Assembly (NCBI GenBank): GCA_035762565.1
Contig: DASTOJ010000206.1
Coordinates: 3,913-67,912 of the forward strand
DNA from: Candidatus Methylomirabilota bacterium
Lineage (GTDB): Bacteria > Methylomirabilota > Methylomirabilia > Rokubacteriales > CSP1-6
Reading direction: 5' to 3'
DNA length: 64,000 bases
This document shows, piece by piece, positions 55,682 to 64,000 of this stretch. Below the pieces are notes generated by a model. The model was given only the letters and a program-made list of their open reading frames with translations, had not been told where the DNA came from and did not search any database. The position numbers and the translations under genes are program-made. Position 1 is the first letter of the stretch; every line of letters starts with the position of its first letter.

Positions 55682-57388
55682 ATGCGGCTCGCGAAGTCGC
55701 TGGTTCCCACCTTCCGCGAGGATCCCGCCGACGCCGAGGCGCTCTCCCACAAGCTCATGCTGCGGGCGGGGCTCGTGCGCCAGCTGGCGGCCGGCATCTA
55801 CGTCTACCTGCCCATCGGCCATCGGGTGATCGACCGGATCTGCGCCATCGTCCGCGAGGAGATGAACGCCATCGGCGGCCAGGAAATCACGATGCCGGTC
55901 ATCCAGCCGGCGGAGATCTGGCAGAGGTCGGGGCGGGCCGAGGGGATCCCCGAGATGTTCAAGCTCCAGGACCGCTGGGGGCGCGACCTGGTGCTCGGCA
56001 TGACCCACGAGGAGGTCATCGCCTGGCTCGCCGCCCGCGAGATCCGCTCCTACCGCGACCTGCCGCAGATCTGGTACCAGATCCAGACCAAGGAGCGTGA
56101 CGAGGCCCGGCCCCGCTCGGGCGTCCTCCGGACGCGCGAGTTCGTGATGAAGGATGCCTACACGCTCGATCCCGACCTGGCCGCGCTCGACCGCTCGTAC
56201 GCGGCCCACGAGGGCGCCTACCGGCGCATCTTCGCGCGCTGCGGCCTTCGCTTTCACGTGGCGCAGTCCGACACCGGCATGATGGGCGGCCTCGGCGCCC
56301 ACGAATTCCTGGCGCCGTGCGCGGCGGGCGAGGACGAGATCGCGCTGTGCGCGGGCTGCGGCTACGCCGCCAACGTGGAGATCGCCCGCGGGGTGCCGGC
56401 CCGGCCGGCCTTTCCGGCCGGGCTCCGCGAGGAGGTGGCGACGCCGAACGCGCGCACCATCGCGGAGGTGAGCGCGCTCCTGGGCCTCGACCCCCGCCTC
56501 ACCCTCAAGTCGCTGCTCTACGTGGGCACGAAGACGGGACCGGTGCTCGCGCTGGTGCGCGGCGACCACGCCCTGCACGAGCGCAAGCTGGCCCGAGCGC
56601 TGGAGGGCGACGAGATCCGTCCCGCTCATCCTGACGAGGTCCGCGCCCACCTGGGCGCCCCCGCGGGATCGGTGGGGCCGGTGGGCGCGCGGGTGCCGGT
56701 GGTGGCCGACGAGCACCTGCGCGAGGGGACGTACGTCGTCGGCGCCAACCGCGAGGGCGTCCACCTGCGCGGCGTCGTGCCCGGCCGTGACTTCACCGCG
56801 CGCTACGCCGACCTCCACACCGTGACGGCGGGCGAGACCTGCGCCAACTGCGGCCAGCCGCTGGCGGTCGAGAAGGTGATCGAGGTCGGCAACATCTTCA
56901 AGCTCGGTACCCGGTTCTCGGTGGCGCTCGACGCGAAGTACCTCGACGAGTCGGGCAAGGAGCAGCCGGTGGTGATGGGCAGCTACGGGATCGGGCCCGC
57001 CCGCATCGCCGCCGCTGCCATCGAGCAGAATGCGGACGCCGACGGCATCGTGTGGCCGGCCGCGATCGCGCCCTTCTCGGTGCACGTCGTGATCGTGAGC
57101 ATGCGCGACACCGGGCAGGTCGCCGCCGCCGAGGAGATCTACGGCGCGTGCCGCGCGGCCGGACTGGACGCGCTCCTCGACGACCGCGACGAGCGGCCCG
57201 GCGTGAAGTTCAAGGACGCCGACCTGCTCGGCATGCCGGTGCGGGTCACCGTCGGCAACGCCCTGGCCAAGCAGGGCCTCGTCGAGGTCAAGCAGCGCCG
57301 GGCCCCGCGCCGCGAGGAGCGGGCCGCGCCCGGCGCGGTCGTCGAGACGATCCGGGCTCTCCTGGCCTCGAAGGACCCGGGCGGCTGA
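55682..57388 (+). CDS. proS: Proline--tRNA ligase (bacterial type with INS editing domain)
   Basis: Class II motifs (FRDE-like TFREDPADAE start, RPRSGVLRTREFVMKDAY, GSYGIGPARI) at a length of 568 aa. Confidence 0.95.
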   Translation: MRLAKSLVPTFREDPADAEALSHKLMLRAGLVRQLAAGIYVYLPIGHRVIDRICAIVREEMNAIGGQEITMPVIQPAEIWQRSGRAEGIPEMFKLQDRWGRDLVLGMTHEEVIAWLAAREIRSYRDLPQIWYQIQTKERDEARPRSGVLRTREFVMKDAYTLDPDLAALDRSYAAHEGAYRRIFARCGLRFHVAQSDTGMMGGLGAHEFLAPCAAGEDEIALCAGCGYAANVEIARGVPARPAFPAGLREEVATPNARTIAEVSALLGLDPRLTLKSLLYVGTKTGPVLALVRGDHALHERKLARALEGDEIRPAHPDEVRAHLGAPAGSVGPVGARVPVVADEHLREGTYVVGANREGVHLRGVVPGRDFTARYADLHTVTAGETCANCGQPLAVEKVIEVGNIFKLGTRFSVALDAKYLDESGKEQPVVMGSYGIGPARIAAAAIEQNADADGIVWPAAIAPFSVHVVIVSMRDTGQVAAAEEIYGACRAAGLDALLDDRDERPGVKFKDADLLGMPVRVTVGNALAKQGLVEVKQRRAPRREERAAPGAVVETIRALLASKDPGG

Positions 57389-57441
57389 CGCGCCTCCCCC
57401 TGCGTTGACCCCTCCGGCCTCGCCGGGGGAACCGCAGTTGC

Positions 57442-57470
57442 TTGCCTCGGCGGGGAACCCGTGCTAAAGT
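57442..57470 (+). promoter_or_regulatory. Possible promoter for rimP-nusA-infB (TTGCCT-17 nt-TGcTAAAGT, extended -10)
   Basis: Hexamers at 57442-57447 and 57465-57470 with TG at 57462-57463, inside a local low-GC island. Weak -35. Confidence 0.3.
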
Positions 57471-57474
57471 CCCG

Positions 57475-57500
57475 AAAAAGTGGGCGTTGCCCACTTTTTT
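57475..57500 (+). terminator. Intrinsic (bidirectional-type) terminator hairpin downstream of proS
   Basis: AAAAAGTGGGC-GTT-GCCCACTTTTTT gives a 7-bp GC-rich stem that A/T-tract pairing can extend, followed by a 6-T run. Confidence 0.6.
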
Positions 57501-57516
57501 ACTTTTGCAGGGGCGC

Positions 57517-57993
57517 ATGCAAGCGGACGAACGCGAGCTCCGGATCGAGGAGGTCGTGCTGCCCGTGCTCCGCGATCACGGGCTCGTGCTCGTGGATCTG
57601 GAGTGGCGGGGGCATCGGCCGCGCGGGGTGTTGCGGGTGTTCGTCGACAAGCCGGGTGGCGTGGGCATCGAGGACTGCCAGCGCGCCAGCCGCGAGATAG
57701 GTGACGTCCTCGACGCTGCCGGACTGATCGAGGAGGCGTACGATCTCGAAGTGTCGTCGCCGGGGCTGGACCGCCAGCTCCGGAAGGACCGCGAGCTGCG
57801 CTGGGCGGTCGGCAAGCGCGTGCGTTGCTGGCTGGCCGGTGGACAAGAGCACCAGGGGCGTCTGGTCGACGTCGACGAGACGCGGCTCACGCTGGACGAC
57901 GCCGGCCAGCGGGTGGAGTTGCCGCGCGTCGGGGTCACGAAGGCGCGCCTGGAGGCGGAGGTTCCCTGGCCGCGACGGGCGTCAGGACTATGA
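57517..57993 (+). CDS. rimP: Ribosome maturation factor RimP
   Basis: VFVDKPGGVGIEDCQRASREI and YDLEVSSPGLDRQL signatures, immediately upstream of nusA. Confidence 0.9.
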   Translation: MQADERELRIEEVVLPVLRDHGLVLVDLEWRGHRPRGVLRVFVDKPGGVGIEDCQRASREIGDVLDAAGLIEEAYDLEVSSPGLDRQLRKDRELRWAVGKRVRCWLAGGQEHQGRLVDVDETRLTLDDAGQRVELPRVGVTKARLEAEVPWPRRASGL

Positions 57994-59315
57994 ATCGCGA
58001 ACTCATCATGGTGATCGAGCAGTTGGGGCGGGAGAAGGGGATCGATAAAGAGATCCTCTTCGAGGCGCTGGAGTCCGCCCTGCTGTCGGCGTCGCGGAAG
58101 TCCCTGGGCCCCGCCGACAACGTGCGGATCCACATCGACCGGAAGACCGGCCAGCTGCGCGCGTACGCCCGCCGCAAGGTCGTGGCCGAGGTGGTCGATC
58201 CGAAGCTCGAGATCGGCCTGGACGAGGCCAAGGCGCTCAACCCCGAGGCCGAGCTGGACGACGAGCTGGAGCTGGAGCAGGAGCGGCCGCCGCAGGACTT
58301 CGGCCGCATCGCCGCCCAGACCGCCAAGCAGGTGATCCTCCAGAAGGTCCGCGACGCCGAGCGGGAGGGTATCTATTCGGAGTTCGCGGGGAAGGAAGGG
58401 CAGATCCTCCGCGGCGTGGTCCATCGGATCGAAAAACGCAACGTGATCCTCGAGATCGGCAAGGCCGAAGCGATCCTGCCCGAGCGCGAGCAGATCCCGG
58501 GCGAGCGCTACAACCCCGGCGACCGCGTCCGCGCGTTCGTCCTCGAGGTGCGCCGCTCGGCCAAGGGGCCGCAGATCACGCTGTCGCGCACGCACCCCGG
58601 CTACCTGGCCCGACTGTTCGAGACGGAGATTCCCGAGATCCAGGAGGCCATCGTCGTGGTCAAGGCCACCGCGCGGGAGGCCGGCGAGCGGGCGAAGGTG
58701 GCCGTCGCCTCCACCAAGCGGGACGTCGATCCGATCGGCGCCTGCGTCGGGCTGCGCGGGACACGGATCCAGGTCATCAGCCGCGAGCTGCGTGGCGAGA
58801 AGATCGACATCATCGAGTGGTCGCATGACCCGGCCACCTTCGTGGCCCGCGCCCTGTCGCCGGCCAAGGTTTCTTCGGTGACGATCGCCGAGGACACGGG
58901 CGAGGGGCCGCCCTCCGCGCTGGTCATCGTGCCGGACAACCAGCTGTCGCTGGCGATCGGCAAGAAGGGGCAGAACGCGCGGCTGGCCGCCAAGCTGACC
59001 GGGATGCGGATCGACATCAAGAGCGAGTCCGAGGTCGAGACCGAGCGCGTCGAGGCCGAGGAGGCGCGCGCCGTTCTGGGGGCGCTCACCGGCGCGGCGC
59101 CCGAAGTGGTGGAGGCGCTCGAGGCGGCCGGGCTGGGCTCTCCGCGCGCGATCGTGGATGCGGGTCCCGCCGCGCTCTCGGCGCTCCCGGCGGTTGGTGA
59201 CCGGGCGGACAAGATCTACGCGGCGGCGACGGAGTGGCTGGCGGCGCGGGCGCAGGCGGCCGCCGCGGCCGAGGCGCCGGTGGCCGAGGCCGAGCCGCCG
59301 TCGGCGGGCGCGTGA
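57990..59315 (+). CDS. nusA: Transcription termination/antitermination factor NusA
   Basis: ATGA overlap. N-terminal MNRELIMVIEQLGREKGI, S1 and two KH domains (DPIGACVGLRGTRIQ; LAIGKKGQNARLA), and a C-terminal HhH-like acidic region. Confidence 0.95.
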   Translation: MNRELIMVIEQLGREKGIDKEILFEALESALLSASRKSLGPADNVRIHIDRKTGQLRAYARRKVVAEVVDPKLEIGLDEAKALNPEAELDDELELEQERPPQDFGRIAAQTAKQVILQKVRDAEREGIYSEFAGKEGQILRGVVHRIEKRNVILEIGKAEAILPEREQIPGERYNPGDRVRAFVLEVRRSAKGPQITLSRTHPGYLARLFETEIPEIQEAIVVVKATAREAGERAKVAVASTKRDVDPIGACVGLRGTRIQVISRELRGEKIDIIEWSHDPATFVARALSPAKVSSVTIAEDTGEGPPSALVIVPDNQLSLAIGKKGQNARLAAKLTGMRIDIKSESEVETERVEAEEARAVLGALTGAAPEVVEALEAAGLGSPRAIVDAGPAALSALPAVGDRADKIYAAATEWLAARAQAAAAAEAPVAEAEPPSAGA

Positions 59316-59602
59316 GCCATGTGCCGACCCGCACGTGTCTTGGCTGTCGGCAGCGGCGCCCCAAGCATGCGCTCGTCCGGCTCGTGCGGCGCGCCGACGG
59401 CGTCGTCGCTGTCGACGGCGGCGCGGCGCTGCCCGGGCGCGGCGCCTACGTGTGCGCGGCGGCGGGCTGCGTGGAGCGGGCGCTGAAGACCGGACGGCTC
59501 GCGCACGCCTTCCGGACGGCCTGCCGGCTCGGAGAGGAACTGCAGTTCACCGTACTGGCCGCGGGCCGCACGGCCGCGGCCGGCCAAGACACGGGGTCGT
59601 AG
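59312..59602 (+). CDS. ylxR: YlxR/RnpM-family (DUF448) RNA-binding protein
   Basis: GTGA overlap with the nusA stop. RTCLGCRQRRPK...GRGAYVC signature. Confidence 0.85.
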   Translation: MSHVPTRTCLGCRQRRPKHALVRLVRRADGVVAVDGGAALPGRGAYVCAAAGCVERALKTGRLAHAFRTACRLGEELQFTVLAAGRTAAAGQDTGS

Positions 59603-59615
59603 GAGGTAGGGGGAC

Positions 59616-62159
<2,544 letters not shown>

Positions 62160-62179
62160 CGCGCGACGGCGGACGCGAC

Positions 62180-62470
62180 GTGCCGGCTGCGCGGGTCGCG
62201 CTGGGGATGGTGGAGTTGCACCTGCCGGACGTCGACTCGCTCAAGGGCAAGCGGCACGTGCTCAAGGGGCTCAAGGAGCGGGTGCGCGCCCGCTTCGAGT
62301 GCTCGGTGGCCGAGGTCGACCACCAGGACACCTGGCAGCGGGCCACCCTCGCCGTCGCCTACGTGTCTGCCGACGCCCGCCACGCCAACGAGGTGGTCTC
62401 CAAGGCGATGGACTTCATCGAGGAGCACGTGGAGGGGCGCGTCATCGAAACCTTCGTGGAGATCCTGTGA
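62180..62470 (+). CDS. DUF503 (YlxP-like) protein
   Basis: LGMVELHLPDVDSLKGKRHVLKGLKERV matches the DUF503 N-terminal pattern. The GTG at 62180 is chosen so that the first beta-strand is included; the first ATG is at 62207. Confidence 0.75.
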   Translation: MPAARVALGMVELHLPDVDSLKGKRHVLKGLKERVRARFECSVAEVDHQDTWQRATLAVAYVSADARHANEVVSKAMDFIEEHVEGRVIETFVEIL

Positions 62471-62817
62471 TGCAAGGCAAGCGGCTCGATCGGGTCAATC
62501 AGCTCATCAAGGAGGAGATCTCCACGCTCCTGCAGCGGGAGCTGAAGGACCCCCGGCTGGGTTTCGTGACGGTCACCGAGGTGGAGGCGAGCAAGGATCT
62601 GCGCACGGCCAAGGTCTTCGTGTCCGTGCTCGGCGACGAGCGGCAATGGACGGCCTCACTGGCGGCGCTGGCCAGCGCCCGGGGATTCGTGCGCAACTGG
62701 CTGCGCCAGCACCTGGACCTGCGCGTGACGCCGGAGATCGACTTCCGGGCCGACCGCTCGATGGAGCACGCCGCCCGCATCCAGGCGCTCCTGAAGAACG
62801 TCCAGGGTGACCGATGA
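62470..62817 (+). CDS. rbfA: Ribosome-binding factor A
   Basis: R..RVNQLIKEEISTLL...DPRLGFVTVTEVE.S.DL..AKVFVS signature. The ATG overlaps the upstream TGA by 1 nt. Confidence 0.9.
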   Translation: MQGKRLDRVNQLIKEEISTLLQRELKDPRLGFVTVTEVEASKDLRTAKVFVSVLGDERQWTASLAALASARGFVRNWLRQHLDLRVTPEIDFRADRSMEHAARIQALLKNVQGDR

Positions 62818-63809
62818 CCGGTGCCCCGGGCGCCTCCAAGGGGCCCTCCGTTCCCGCCGACGTACTGGGAGCGTTCCGCCGGCCCCCGGGGCGCGCGCTC
62901 ATGCTGGGGCACGTGCATCCCGACGCCGATGTGCTCGGCACGCTGCTGGCGCTCGGCGCCGCCCTGGAGTCCCGCGGCTGGCGCGTGACCTACGGCGGGC
63001 CGCATCCGGCGCCCGGGGCGCTCGGCTTCCTCCCCGGCGTCGAGCGCTACGACGTGCTGCGCTCGGTGGAAGGCCCGCTCGACGTGGCAGTGCTGACCGA
63101 CTGCCCGAACCCGGCGCGGACCGAGGGGCTCATCGACCAGGCCCGGGCCGCGGCGACCGCGGTCGTCAACATCGACCACCATCCGGACAACCGGAACTAC
63201 GGCCACGTCAACTGGATCGACACGACGGCCGCCGCCACCGGGGAAATGGTCTACCAGCTGCTCGTCGAGCTCGAGCTGCCGGTCACGCCGTCCATCGCCA
63301 CCAACCTGTTCACCGCCATCCACGCCGACACCGGCTCGTTTCGCTATTCCAACGTGACGCCGGAGACCTTCCGGATCGCCGCCGCGCTGGTGGCCGCCGG
63401 CGCCGAGCCCGCCGCGGTGTCCTCGGCGATCTACGAGCGGCGGGCCGCCGACGCGCTGCGCTGGCTCGGCGAGAGCCTGGCTCGCGTGCAGGTCAGCGAT
63501 GACGGGCGCATCGCCTGGCTGGCGCTGCCGGCCGGTGCCGTGCCAGAGTCGTTCGTCGAGGCCGAGGATCTGGTGAACTACCCGCGCTCGATCGCGTCCG
63601 TGCGGGTGGCGTGCCTGCTGCGCGAGCGCGGCGGCCAGGTGAAGATCAGCCTGCGCGGCAAGGGGGACGTCGACGTTCAGCGGATCGCCGCGCGGTTCGG
63701 CGGCGGCGGCCACGTCAACGCGGCCGGCTGCACCGTGCCGGGCTCGCTGAACACGGTCACGCGCGAGGTTCTCGACGCCGTCCGCGAGGCCTTGACCACG
63801 TGCCCATGA
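62814..63809 (+). CDS. nrnA: DHH/DHHA1 phosphoesterase (NrnA-like oligoribonuclease / pAp phosphatase)
   Basis: ATGA overlap. [18 protein letters not shown], and [10 protein letters not shown] motifs. Confidence 0.85.
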   Translation: MTGAPGASKGPSVPADVLGAFRRPPGRALMLGHVHPDADVLGTLLALGAALESRGWRVTYGGPHPAPGALGFLPGVERYDVLRSVEGPLDVAVLTDCPNPARTEGLIDQARAAATAVVNIDHHPDNRNYGHVNWIDTTAAATGEMVYQLLVELELPVTPSIATNLFTAIHADTGSFRYSNVTPETFRIAAALVAAGAEPAAVSSAIYERRAADALRWLGESLARVQVSDDGRIAWLALPAGAVPESFVEAEDLVNYPRSIASVRVACLLRERGGQVKISLRGKGDVDVQRIAARFGGGGHVNAAGCTVPGSLNTVTREVLDAVREALTTCP

Positions 63810-64000
63810 CCGCCGGCGTGCTCCCCCTCGACAAGACGGCCGGCGTGACGTCGTTCGACGCCGTGGCGCTGGTCCGGCGGCGGCTCGGGCTCAAGCGCGT
63901 CGGGCACGCCGGGACGCTCGACCCCGCCGCCACCGGGCTCTTGCCCATCCTGCTCGGCGAGGCGACCAAGCTGATGCCGCACCTCGCCGACCAGGACAAG
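63806..64000 (+). CDS. truB: tRNA pseudouridine(55) synthase TruB (5' part, runs off the window)
   Basis: ATGA overlap with the nrnA stop. [15 protein letters not shown] and [17 protein letters not shown] (catalytic Asp). No stop before position 64000. Confidence 0.85.
   Translation, partial: MTAGVLPLDKTAGVTSFDAVALVRRRLGLKRVGHAGTLDPAATGLLPILLGEATKLMPHLADQDK

Noticed and set aside
55381-55829. Mirror ORFs on both strands across the fdx-proS spacer: MTPGARWGAAGAP... (55434-55829 on +, 55381-55659 on -) and, in other frames, MTLVEYGDAGGQVGG...
   Set aside because: The identical N-termini are an automatic consequence of the perfect 60-bp inverted repeat. The peptides are low complexity and overlap proS out of frame.

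Overview
This is a high-GC (about 70%) bacterial chromosomal window that is almost fully coding, mostly on the + strand, with many 1-4 nt ATGA/GTGA gene overlaps. I saw no rRNA, tRNA, CRISPR array or transposase gene.

Gene order from left to right:
- a VWA/TPR envelope pair, a GalT-like gene and glutamate dehydrogenase
- a complete proteobacterial-style ISC operon (iscR-iscS-iscU-iscA-hscB-hscA-fdx-iscX)
- a convergent DsrEFH/TusBCD-like sulfur-relay trio, divergent from a second nifS / IscU-like / cysE / HD-hydrolase operon
- DUF2277 and dinB
- a liv-type ABC importer operon with an embedded acyl-CoA ligase, then a Uma2 nuclease
- an uncharacterised seven-gene cluster: two ferritin-like proteins, biotin carboxylase, BCCP, a DinB-family protein, carboxyltransferase and an MFS transporter
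- an alpha/beta hydrolase and rpoD
- an ACT-malic enzyme / GT2 / aminotransferase / methyltransferase / GT-C operon, then nth and an SDR
- a long conserved housekeeping run: rplM-rpsI-argC-argJ-rpsB-tsf-pyrH-frr-uppS-cdsA-dxr-rseP-ispG-fdx-proS-rimP-nusA-ylxR-infB-DUF503-rbfA-nrnA-truB

Most notable observations:
1. ispG carries a 372-aa LAGLIDADG intein inserted exactly at the third [4Fe-4S] ligand cysteine.
2. The IscS encoded inside the ISC operon lacks the PLP-binding lysine and the PLP-stacking histidine, while a canonical NifS sits 5 kb away.
3. A 270-bp MITE-like element with perfect 60-bp terminal inverted repeats is wedged between the fdx stop codon and the proS start codon.
4. Two genes have conserved N-terminal residues upstream of any canonical start codon. 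One appears to use a CTG overlapping the upstream stop. The other follows an in-frame TAG.
5. Several GC-rich palindromic repeat elements lie in 3' intergenic regions.
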